From Carcharhinus longimanus (taxonomy: Eukaryota): DNA of 64,000 bases. Positions 26,371 to 38,007 of this stretch are shown here, piece by piece; position 1 is the first letter of the stretch, and each line of letters opens with the position of its first letter. The notes below the pieces were generated by a model. The model worked only from the letters and a program-made list of their open reading frames with translations. It searched no databases and was not told the origin of the DNA. The stretch lies in the NCBI GenBank assembly GCA_030264375.1, contig JASCQW010000098.1, positions 46,505,109-46,569,108 of the forward strand, given 5' to 3'. Position numbers and translations under genes: made by a program.

Positions 26371-27778
26371 ATTATAAAATAACTCTTAAATTTGGACATT
26401 ATTATTTTAATATAATTCCTATTTTATAACTCACAAGTAGTTCAGATGTTCCATATGTCTTGTAAGGTTTTTAACAATGTTCTTAATAGTGCAATTGAAG
26501 ATCATAAAACGGGTGGGCATGGAAATCAGTTTGTACTGTTATGCCAAAACAAGTGAGATGCAGGGACTAATCACTAATGGGTAGGCCTGAAATGCACACA
26601 TATATTGGGCCTTTGGGATGCTGAACTGCAAATCCCCAGGCAGCTCACCAACAAAGAGCTATTTAATTTTGGACCACCGTGTCACTAATAGCAACTTATG
26701 AGTGAATCCTGGAGCAGAGTTGATTGGGAAAGACAGGTAATGACCAGGAAAGGATCAGGACAGGATCAGAAGGGGGAAGGAGATCAGGAGAAAGGGAGTG
26801 ACTGCAAGATGAAGGAAGAATCACGAGGGAAGGGGATGACCAACAGAAGAGGGGAAAATAATTAAAGCAATACTTGCATTTATATATCATCTTTCATGAT
26901 ACCCCAAAGAACCATAAAGCCAATAAAGTACATTTTGAAGTGTAGTCACTGGTATAATTGAGGAAATACAACAGCCAATATATGCACAGCAAGCTCCCAC
27001 AAACACAAATACAATGATGACCAGATTATCCGCTTCAGTGTTGCTGGTTGAAGAAGACTACAAGGAGAAGCACTTCTGGGTGACTGCTGCATGTACTCTG
27101 NNNNNNNNNNNNNNNNNNNNNNNNNNNNNNNNNNNNNNNNNNNNNNNNNNNNNNNNNNNNNNNNNNNNNNNNNNNNNNNNNNNNNNNNNNNNNNNNNNNN
27201 CACTTCTGGGTGACTGCTGCATGTACTCTGTCAAATTGCTCATGAGGCACAGGTGGCTGTCCAGAAGGAGGCTGCCTGCGTGGCTTGTGGTCTGGACAGA
27301 CCACTGGAAAATGGGAGTGAGGTACAGTAACTTAATATTGTAGTTAAAAATGACTGGTACTGTGGTTAATTACCAAGCTGGGAACACTGCACAAAAAGGT
27401 AGCAACCCCTGCCCCCTAGTGGGTTATAAAGTGATCAGGTAGATTTTTTTACTTTTTAGGGACTGTCAGAGGATTGCTTTCTTTTGATTATTATTTATTG
27501 ATACTTTTTTTTAATAACACACGTTTTATTCAATAATTGATTATTTTGTTTGTTTCAGCACCAGTTTCTGTGACTGCATTTGGGTCAATTGTTCTGTTGT
27601 AGATAATTTAGAAAAAGATTTGTTTGCAAGAAATAGCAAGTTTATTTAAGCAGAACCTCATTGATCTCAAAACATCAAAGCAGACAAACAAAAATATAAA
27701 ATACGTCATCCTTTTTTCATCCAATGAAGGGGCCTGAGTGTCTATGGATCCAAACTTTATACGTTCAAAAAAAATATG

Positions 27779-28536
27779 GGGGGGCGATTCTCCCATTCCG
27801 CTGTACTGCTCTAGCAGTGCAATGGGCTGGGAGACATCAGCAGAGACTGTTTAGCGGGCTCCCCGCTGGGCACCACAGTCTCCATGTGTTTCCAGTCAGA
27901 AATTGGTGCAGAGTTGAATGAATCATGCAAATTATCATCACCATATCATTTATGGGCCTAAGGCTGAGGTCTCTAGGCCTTCTATTGTCTCCCCTACCCC
28001 CACCACATGAAGCGGGGGTGCTCCATGGGTATTGCCATCTTGGCAGTGCCAGCTTGACCCCTGGCACTGTCCAAGGGGCAAAGTGACAACGCCCAGGGGG
28101 CACCTTGGCACTGCCCAGCAGGCATCGGGCAGTGCCAAGGGGCAAGGCCATCGGGGTGGCAATTGGTGGTAGTGTGGGGTCCTGCTGCCATTCTGTATTT
28201 GGGATTGTAGGCAGAGGATCGAGGTGGGCCGGGGCAGGGTAGTTCAGGGTTGGCCTGGACACATCTGGAAGGCCAGCAATGTAGGGTCACATTGTGTGAG
28301 GTCACACGACCAGCGATGTAGGGTCGCAGGACTGGCCAGTGATTGGGAGGCTGGCAGTGTGTGGTTACTGCGCATGAACTGTGACCTGCTGTTGGCCTCT
28401 CTGTTGAGTATAGGCCATGCCCCCATATTTTTAGTGTGATTCATGCTAGGGTACTCTATGATGCACAAAATGTGGGCGTTTTGTTCCAGTTTTTGGGTGA
28501 ATTCAGCACTTTGAACTTTTTGGGAGAATCCCACGC
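27779..28536. mobile_element. Non-autonomous DNA transposon, PIF/Harbinger-like
   Basis: TIRs ggggcgattctccca / tgggagaatcccacgc, possible 3 bp atg duplication, internal ggcagtgcc/ggcactgcc repeats. Confidence 0.6.
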
Positions 28537-28734
28537 ATGGACTTGCTAGCAAGTGGAATTAAGCACCCTTGAGGTGCAGTAGACATATTCCTATATATTC
28601 ACATAAACTAGATCATTAACTATTTTATAAAATGTGCTTTATTAAAGTATGTCAATTGGGGTGATAATGCAGGAAAGATTTGTACTCAGCACACAGTAAC
28701 GGTTTTTTAGCATTTTAGGACAGAACTTCAAAGT

Positions 28735-29170
28735 TGGTGGAATGGGCAGACAGAGGACAAATGATTCTCAATGTGGATAAATGTGAGATGATGCATCTTG
28801 GTCAGAAGAACATGGAGAGAGAATATACAATAAAGGGCACCATTCTAAAAGGAACGCAGGAGCAGAGGAACCTGGGTGTCCCTCTGTGCAAAAGTCATTG
28901 ATGACAAGACAGGTTGCACAGTTAATAAAGCATCCTGGGGGCATGGAGTAAACCTTTTCACGTAACAAGTGGTCTAAGTCTGGGATGAACTGCCTGAGAG
29001 TGTGGTGGAGGCAGTTTAATGAAAACATTCAAAAGGGAATTTCTGAAAAGAAGGAATGTGTAGAGAGAAGGCAGGAGAATGGAACAAAATGAACTGCTTA
29101 TTCAGAGAGCCAGTGCAGACACAATGGGTTGCATGACCTCCTTCTGTGCTGTAACAATTCTGTGATTTTA
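28735..29170 (+). mobile_element. CR1 LINE 3' fragment with internal deletion
   Basis: aatgtggataaatgtgagatgatgcatcttgg (CR1 RT-like) and tail ttctgtgctgtaacaattctgtgatt. Confidence 0.6.
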
Positions 29171-29649
29171 TGAGAAGAACCAAAACATTTTGCAGTTAGC
29201 CAGGGATGGCACTGGAAAACCAAAGAGGTGAACTTTTTGGGCGTCCCCTGATTGTCCACATAACTTTGGCCAAAGGCCATAGAAACCCAGGAAATATGGC
29301 GTTGGCACACTTTTGACTGATTTCCAGGGTATCTGCAGCTCTTTCAATGAAGTTATAGTAGACAACAGCAGCAACAATATACAATTTGTATTGTAGCTTT
29401 CTACTTAATAAAACTGCATAAAACAACATTTGACACCAAGTCCTGCAGGGTGATATTAGGACATATTGCCCAAAGCTTGGTCAAAGAGGTTTTAAGAAGC
29501 ATTTTAAAGGAAGAAAGAAATGTAGTGAGGAAGCTTAAGGAGGGTATTCCAGAGCTTAGGTCTAGGCAGCTGAAACCACAGCCACCTATGGTGGAGTGAT
29601 TCAACTGGTGATAATCAAGAGACCAGAATTAGAGGAGTGCAGGTAGCTT

Positions 29650-31497
29650 CTACAAATACATAAAGGGCAAAAGAGTGACAAGGGAGAAAACACAACCTCT
29701 TAAGGATCAACAGGGTAATCTATGTGCAGATCCACAGGAGAGATCCTAAATGAATATTTCTCATCAGAAATTTTACTGTTGAGAAAAGCATGGATGTTAG
29801 GGAACTTGGGGAATTAAATATTGATGTCTTGAGGTGTGTAGATATTACAGAGAAGGAGGTGCTGGAAGTCTTAAAGCGCATCAAGGTGGATAATTCTGCA
29901 GGACCTGATGAGGTGTATCCCAGGACGTTGTGGGAGGCTAGGGAGGAAATTGCGGGTCCCGTGGCTGAGATATTTGAATCATCGATGGTCACAGGTAAGG
30001 TGCCTGAAGATTGGAGGGTGGCAAAATATGTGCCTTTGTTTAAAAAGGGCTAGAGGAAAAAGCCTGGGAACTACAGGCCAGTTAAGCCTCACATTTGTGG
30101 TGGGTAAATTGTTGGAAGGTATTTTGAGGTTCAGGATCTACAGGCATGGCTTTATGAGTGGAAACTCATGTCTCACAAATTGATTGAGTTTTTTGAAGGA
30201 GTAATCAAGAAAGTAGATGAGGGCAGTGCAGTTGATGTTGTCTACATGGACTTTACAAGGCCTTTGACAAGGTACTGCATGGTAGGTTGTTGCAGAAAGT
30301 AAATGTCACGGGATCCAGGGTAAGGTATCTAAATGCATACAAAATTGGCTTCTTGACAGAATGTGGAGATGTTGGCGTTGGAAGCTTGTGGGTTTACTTT
30401 CAAATAAACTGGTTGGACTTTAACCTGGTGTTGTGAGAGTTCTTGACAGAAGCCAGAGGGTGGTTGTAGAGGGTTGTTTTTCAAGCTGGCGGCCTGTGAC
30501 CAGCGGTGTGCCTCAGGGATCAGTGCTGGGCCCACTGTTAATTGTCATTTATATTAATGGTCTGGATGAGAATATAGGGGGCATGTTTACTAAGTTTGCA
30601 GATGACACCAAGACTGATGGCATAATGGACAGTGAGGAAGGTTATCTCCAATTGCAGTAGGATCTTGATCAATTGGGTCAGTGGGCTGATGAATGGCAGA
30701 TGGAGTCTAATTTAGACAAATGCGAGGTAATGTAGTTTGGTAGATTGAACCAGGGCAGGGCTTACTCAGTTAATGGTAGGGCACTGGGGAGAGTTACAGT
30801 ACAAAGAGATCTGGGGGTGCATGCTCATAGCTCCTTGAAAGTGGAGTCACAGGTGGGCAGAATGGTGAAGAAGGCATTCAGCATTCTTGGTTTCATCGTC
30901 AGAACACTGAATACAGGAGTTGGGACGTCTTGTTGAAGTTATACAAGACATTCGTAAGGCCACACTTGGAATACTGTCTGCAATTCTGGTCACTCTATTA
31001 TAGAAAGGATATTATTAACTAGAAAGAGTGCAGCAAATATTTACTAGGATGTACANNNNNNNNNNNNNNNNNNNNNNNNNNNNNNNNNNNNNNNNNNNNN
31101 NNNNNNNNNNNNNNNNNNNNNNNNNNNNNNNNNNNATAGAGATCTATAAAATAATGAGGGATATAGACAAGGTAGATAATCAATATATTTTCCCAAAGGT
31201 ACAGGAGTCTAAAACCGGAGGGCATAGGATTAAGGTGAGAGGGAGGAGATACAAAAGTGCCCAGAGGGGCAATTTTTTCATACAGAGGGTGGTGAGTGTC
31301 TGGAACAAGCTGTGAGAGGCAGGTACATTTTTATCTTTTAAAAAGCATTTAGATAGTTACATGGGTACGATGGGTATAGAGGGATATAGGCCAAATGCAG
31401 GCAATTGGGATTAGTTTAGGGATTAAAAAAAAGGCAGCATGGACAAGTTGGGCCAAAGGGCCTGTTTCCATGCTGTAAAACTCTATGATTCTATGAT
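29650..31497 (+). mobile_element. CR1/HER1 LINE, 5'-truncated and degenerate RT
   Basis: ORF fragments GPDEVYPRTLWE..VPEDWRVA, VTSGVPQGSVLGPLL..KFADDTK, IEIYKIMR..FFIQRVVSVWNKL. Tail ctatgattctatgatt. Confidence 0.92.
30362..30439 (+). mobile_element. 78 bp Penelope-like insertion inside the CR1 LINE
   Basis: Contains aagcttgtg...ggactttaacctggtgttgtgaga. Flanked by the direct repeat ttcttgacagaa (30350-30361 and 30440-30451). Confidence 0.75.
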
Positions 31498-32329
31498 TTC
31501 AGAAACCTGTGGGGCTGGGAATGTTCACAGATAAGAAAGTGGGGAGGTTGATGAGGGAATTGAAAACAAGAATGGAAATCTTAATTGGTAGTCAATGTAG
31601 CGAGCATAGGGGTGAAAGGTAAACGAGACTTGGTGCAAGTTAGGACATAGACACTTGAAATTTGGATTACCTCAAGTTTACAGAATTAGAATGCGGGAGC
31701 CAATCAGGAATGTCTGGAGATAGTTAAGTTTAGAAGTAACAAAGGTGTGGATGAGAATTTCTGCAGCAGATGAGCTGTTACGGGAGTAGAATTCAGTGAT
31801 ATGTCAGATCTGGAAATAGCTGGCCATAATGATGGCATGTACACATATGAAAAAGCTCACCCCAGGTGCAAACGTGACACCGAGATTGTGAATGGACTGG
31901 TTCAGACTTGCGCAGTTGCCGGGGAGGCAGATGGAGTCAGTAGCTAGAGACATTGAAGACAGATAAGTAATTATGTATGCAGAGTTTAAAAAATGTAATA
32001 ATTCATAATTATATTATGTAACCTACCTCATTCTGTATAGCACTCAGGCAGTCCCACCAGAGATTATTCTGATAGAGTCATCTCTCTTTCTCTCTCCACA
32101 GATGTTGAGCTGCTGATAATTTCCAGCATTTCCTGTTTTTATTTCAGATTTCCAGCATCTGCAGTATTTTGTTTTTGTATCACAGACTGCGTTTATCTTA
32201 CTTTTACTTCTAGCAGTACTGGGGGTGCAGACTAACTCTTTGAGAGAGTCTCTATGTTGTTGCTCCTCTGTCCATCAGTGACAACACCCCTGATTTTGAT
32301 AGCAGTTAATAGCCTGTGATCAAACACTA

Positions 32330-32470
32330 TCATACTGGCTGAGGTTATTCATGAAGGCCACATCTTCTCAACCTTGCCCCTTGCCTGAGGATCCTCAGGT
32401 TAAATCACCACCAGTCAGCTCTCAAAGGGGAGGACAGCCTAAGGTCACCTAGGACTATGGAAACTTTACC
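32330..32470 (+). mobile_element. 141 bp retroposon 3' end with 13 bp target-site duplication
   Basis: tgatcaaacacta at 32317-32329 and 32471-32483; tail ggactatggaaactttacc. A related minus-strand copy lies at ~55950-56030. Confidence 0.7.
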
Positions 32471-33774
32471 TGATCAAACACTAGATTAAAGGCCAGAATC
32501 TTACCACAGTTCCCATCCTGCTGCAGTGAACAGAGATTTGACTGGCTGCCAAATTCTCCAACCATGCCACACTTCCGCTGCAGCAAGAACGGCCAATAAG
32601 ATCACGCCCAGTGTCTTTGATTTTTGTGTGATGACTCTGTACTCATTTTTCAGTCACGATATGTAAAATACATTGAAAATGGTAGTTGCATCACAACACT
32701 CCATACAATATCTATTACCTCTGTGCATGGTACCGTGGCAGAACATTCAGTGTTGACACATCTCCTTGTGTCCTTTTTCATTTACAATGTCACATTACTT
32801 GTTATTGATCTCTGCATTTGAGCAGAACAGGAACGGTAAACAAAGAACAGGAGATGAAAAATTGAGACAGAAGGAGTAGCAGTACAATGTGGATCCTCCC
32901 AAAATTTGGACCAGTTTTGTTGGTTAAAGTTAAAATTGGGACAGTAAAAGTTGTGTAGAAATAGAGTGATAATCATGCAAAATAGCAATTGGTGGAATAC
33001 ATTTAAATAGAGGTTTTTGTCATCTTGAGCCTTGATCAAGGAAATTTTTACTCCTCCAACTTGGAGAGTGACACTCACTTTCCGACTCCCCTCACAGTTC
33101 AAGCTTGTAACATTTCTCTCAGTTTCATCATAGTTCAACCCCAGTGCCAGACCAATCTCCTCGTACTTCAATCCTCATACCCCTTGTAAAGATAAAGATA
33201 CCCCTTGGCAGCGCGGGCTCGTTGGGCCCAAGGGCCTGTTTCCCGTGCTGGGTTGTTCTTTGTTCTTTGTATATACTTTCACAGACTTCATTAATGAATG
33301 GAAAAGGTATTTATCACTAAGAATTGTACAATAGCCTCATGATTGTAGCTAGTTCCCAATTTATCTCTTTGTTTAGGAGTCTCTCACACCATGGGGTGAT
33401 TCCGCATTATGACCAGGATTTTAACGGCATGCTGGCCCCAATTCTAGGAGTGGGCGAGAATCAGAGAACGGCATTTTCCACTGTGCCGGTAAAAGTCTGC
33501 CCTATGAATCCCGATTGGTCACACAGGCCATGTGACTCCATCTCAGCTGTGCTGCCCTTAAAGGAACAATCACCACACCCCTCTATCCTGTTTTGGCCTC
33601 ATTGAATAGCATTTGGGCTTTGGATTCCAGATCACTGAATAGATTTTGGCCTGTCTCCTCAGCCTCTCCACCCCCTTCCTTTTGACCTACTCTTCTCCCT
33701 CTCTGCCCTCACCTCCATCACTATCCCTTTTTTTTGTTACCTCCTCCTCCAACTTCCACCCTTTCTCCCTCTGA

Positions 33775-34052
33775 TGCGGCACGGTGGCACAGTGGTTAGC
33801 ACTGTCCAATTCCCAGCTTGGGCCATTGTCTGTGTGGAGTCTGCATGTTCCCCTCATGTCTGCGTGGGTTTCCTCTGGGTGCTCCAGTTTCCTCCCGCAG
33901 TCCAAAAGATGTGCGGGTTAGGTGCATTGGTCATGCTAAATTCTCCCACTGTGTACCAAACAGGCACCGGAGTCTGGTGACTAGGGGATTTTCACAATAA
34001 CTTCACTGCAGTGTTACTGTAAGCCTACATGTGACACCAATAAATAAACTTT
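33775..34052 (+). mobile_element. V-SINE type B
   Basis: Head, V-domain and tail ttttcacaataacttcactgcagtgtt...aataaataaacttt. Confidence 0.82.
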
Positions 34053-34789
34053 ATTCCCCACTCTTTTTCTCATTTCCCACTGTTGCCGCTCTTCTCTAAT
34101 ATGTCCCCTTTCTAAACATTTGCTCCTTAACTGCCTTAATTACTCCATTGTTTTACCCAACTGGGTGTGAATATTACACTTGGCTTTAACTCTCTCTGAT
34201 CAGTGCCACTGAAGATCAATTAGTGCTGCACAATACAAATTCTGTATAGTAAGGTTTCTGTACGTGTAATATTTTAAGTCTCATGCTCCCCAATATATCA
34301 CATAATTCTTTTCCTGAACACATTTTGTATTCTCAGTTTATGCCATTTAAATTCCCTCAGTTAAATTACTGCCTTGTTCCTAATTCATAATTACTTAACA
34401 GCTTATCAACTTTTCAAATAGATTTACTATTAAGCAGTGAATAATACTCCAATTAGTACAAGCCATCATTGCTCTGTGGTAATTCCTGCCTCAGAGTAAA
34501 TTATTGGCATTAGTAATCATGGTGTTATCAATGCAGAGACGTTCTAAGTGTACCAGTCTCACCTATTTGATTGCAATCCCTCTGAGCAGGTAACAGTTCT
34601 GAGGTGACATCTTCTGTATGACAGAAATACACTTTGATAAGTTTTCTTTCAAACATTTTGTGTTATATGACATTAATGAAACGAAAAAAGAATTATCTTT
34701 ATTTTCATATAAGTCTTTCCCTGTTTTTATTAATTCTTCTCACAGCGCTTTGGAAATATATTATTATATTATAAAATATGTTGTAAAAT

Positions 34790-36270
34790 ATATAGCAAAT
34801 GTAACTCTTTCATTCAAAAAGAGACAGAGACAGAAAGCAGGAGACTACAAATCAGTTAGCTTTACACGTTTGGGGTGGGGGCGGGTGTTGGTGGGTAGGA
34901 AAGAGACATTCAAAGCTATTATTAAAGACATACAGTAAGGCACTTAGAAAAAATCATGGTGATCAGGCAGGATCAATATGGTTTTGTGAAACGGAAATCA
35001 TGTTTAACCAATGTAATTGAGTTCTTTGGAGAAGCAAAATGATTTGATTTGATTTGATTTATAATTGTTATATGTATTAGCATACAGTGAAAAGTATTGT
35101 TTCTTAAGCGCTATACAGACGTATTGCAGATAAAGGGGAACCAGTGGATGTACTGTATTTAGATTTCCAGATAAGCATTTGATAAAGTGCCACATCAAAG
35201 ATCATTGTGGAAAATAGAAGCTCGTGCTGGAGGAGGTAACATATTGGCATGGATAGAAGAATGGCTACCTAACAGGGAACAGAGAGTAGGTATAAATGGG
35301 TCATTTTTTCTGGTTGGCAAGATACAATGTGCCACAGGGATTAGTGCTGGGGTCTCAACATTTTACAACTTATATAAATAACTTTGATGAAGGGACCAAC
35401 TGTATTGTTGTTAAATTTGCTGATGTCACAAAGATAGATAAGAAAATAAGTTGTGAAGAGGACATAAGGAGGCTAAAAGGGATATAGATAAGTTAAATGA
35501 ATGGACAAAGATCTGGCAAATGGCGTATAATAATATAATGAGAAATTGTCCATTTTGGTAGGAAGAATAGAAAAGAAGCATATTATCTAAATGGCGAGGG
35601 ACTGCAGAGCTCTGAGATGTAGAGGAATCTGGGTGTATGAGTCACAAAAGGTTAGCATGAAGGTACAGCTAATAATCAGGAAAACTAATAGAATTATTAT
35701 TTATTGCAAGGAGATTTGAATACTAAAGTAGGGAGGTTATGCTTCAGTTATATATAGCATCAGTGAGACCACATTTGAAGTATTGACCTCCTTATTGAAA
35801 GAAGGATGAAAATGCATTCAAAACAGTTTAGAGAAGGTTTCTTAGGCTAATATCCAGAAAGGGCATTTTGTCTTGTGAGGAAAGATTCGACAGGACAGGC
35901 TAGGCTGGTATCCATTGGAACTTAGAAGGATAAGAGGCAACTTTATTGAAACATAAAAGACCCTGAGGGGTCTTGACAGGGTGGATGTGGAGAGGATGTT
36001 TCCTCTTGTGGGAGAAGCTAGAACTTAGGGTCACTGTTTAAAAATAAGGCATCGCCATTTAAATAAGAAATGAGGATAATTTTTTCTTAGAGAAGGTGAG
36101 AGTCTTTGGAATTCTCCTCAAAAAGACGATAGCTGCAGAGTCTTTGAATATTTTTAAGTCAGCCATAGATAGATATCTTGATAAGCAAAGGGGTGAAAGG
36201 TTATCGGGGATAGGTGAGAATGTGGAGTTATAATCAGATCAGCCATGATCCTATTAAATGGCAGAGAAGC
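34790..36270 (+). mobile_element. CR1 LINE fragment, degenerate
   Basis: NILAWIEEWL..QRVGING and VPQGLVLG..KFADVTK fragments; 3' UTR gatcagccatgatc. Interrupted at ~35040-35125 by a minus-strand Rex1-type tail. Confidence 0.85.
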
Positions 36271-37585
36271 TTTGGCCATGGTAAATGCTTGAGGTTATGG
36301 GGATAATGGGGGAGCGTTCGGCTTGGGTAAGGTGCTCTTTTGAAGGGTTGGTGCAGACTCACTGGGCCGAATGGCCTCCTTCTGCACTGTAGGAATTCTA
36401 TGGTCATATTAGCAAAGTCCTAGGATTGTGTTGTTGCTTGTTTTCATTTGTTTGATATGTATAATGTAAAAGACTGAAGACAGGGAAATCGAAATGCAAG
36501 TACATACCTTGGAAAAAGAAAGGACCCTCATCTAGGAAAAAACAAAGTAAGCAAAAAAGTTACAAACACATAGACTATCTTACTTAATTCATTGTGACAT
36601 AACTTATGTCTACATTACAACAGTGGCAATGGGCAGAATTCTCCCATCCCATCCATGGTGAATGAGAGTGGAGAATCCAGCCGGAGCTATAAAGTCGGAA
36701 AGCTGCCAGAGTAAAAACAGTCTGAAATTCTCCCAATGTCAGGTTAATGGCATTCCCCCACTATCTGCTGAAGTAAACACCACTTGCATTCATTGCATTT
36801 CATGAATGCTCGTTAATAGTGTGATCACCAAAACCTTGTCTGGCCTTCCAATTTTGCATCATGCAGGAAATCACATCAGCATCAAACCTGTTTGAAAATG
36901 AGCGATGTGCACGAGGCGGATCTCAGTTTGTTCGAGACTTCAAGATGAGTGCAACATACATAGTCTATCTGTCACAGCATTGCGCGGCTCCTGTTGTGCT
37001 GAACACCACTGTGCTAGGACAGACCAGTTTGTGCCCCGCTTGTTTTAATGGACAGTACTGTGTTGTAGGACTCATGAACCCTTCACTCCAACAGCCTGAA
37101 GGTCGACCAGAGGTGGGGTGTGGTGTGAACGGGTGGTTTCTGTTGAAGATTAGGAGGTAGTGTGGATGGAGGGCTATGCACAGATGTGGGGTGGAAGAGT
37201 GAGAGGGCACAATGGCAGGCAAAGCTGCTAGAGGTGGATGAGGATGATAAACAACGGGAGGCAGAGGGAAGACTGAGGGGAGGGAAGCTGGATTCTGACA
37301 AGGCTGAATGAAAAGCTCATAAACAAGGGGGACAAAGATTTACATCGTTTACTGGAAGGGGATGGATGAAAATTCCAGATGTGGTGGGTGGAGGTCCAAG
37401 TGGGGCATAGGTGTCTCCCAGGTAATGGGGTCAGTGGGAGGGAGGTTGAATTGAGAAATAGACTTCTTCTTGTGGCTGCTAGCCTTTTGCCCCCGGATTC
37501 CAGATGTCTGGCATGGTCTAGTGAACACAGCAAGAAGTCTTACAACACCAGGTTAAAGTCCAACAGGTTTATTTGGTAACAAATG

Positions 37586-37624
37586 CCACTAGCTTTCGGA
37601 GCGCTTGCTGCTCCTTCGTCAGGT
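37586..37624 (-). ncRNA. Minimal type I hammerhead ribozyme motif (Penelope-associated)
   Basis: Minus strand reads ac-CUGACGA-a-GGAGC-agcaagc-GCUCC-GAA-AGCU-A-gugg, giving an intact core, stem II, palindromic AGCU and a CUA cleavage triplet. The 5' part of stem I runs into an N gap. Confidence 0.65.
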
Positions 37625-37810
37625 NNNNNNNNNNAGGCACAAACTCAATTTACAGAGTAATGATTGAAATGCAAGTCTTTGCAGCTAATCAAGTCTTAAA
37701 GGTACAGACAATGTAAATGGAGAGAGCATTAAGCACAAATTAAAGAGATGTGTATTGTCTCCAGACAGGACAGTTAGTGAGATTTTGCACATCCAGGCAA
37801 GTCAAGGGGG

Positions 37811-38007
37811 TTACAGATAGTGTGACTTGATCCCAAGATCCCAGTTGAGGCTGTCCTCATGTGTGTGGAACTTGGCTATCAGTCTCTGCTCGGCAACTCT
37901 GTGCTGTCGTGTGTTGTGAAGACCACCTTGGAGAACGCTTATCTGAAGATCAGAGGCCGAATGCCCATGACCGCTGAAATGTTTTCCAACAGGGAGAGAA
38001 CAGTCTT
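37811..38007 (-). pseudogene. Penelope GIY-YIG endonuclease C-terminal fragment
   Basis: Manual translation QDCSLPVGKHFSGHGHSASDLQISVLQGGLHNTRQHRVAEQRLIAKFHTHEDSLNWDLGIKSHYL* has the HF...E..I..F.T....LN pattern of the PLE GIY-YIG C-terminus. Confidence 0.75.

Larger units (their letters stand above)
29385..31950 (-). mobile_element. L2-type LINE fragment split by the CR1 insertion (29385-29650 plus 31500-31950)
   Basis: The two parts join colinearly when compared with the 19850-20530 copy (e.g. gagacttggtgcaa.ttagga in both). Confidence 0.55.
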
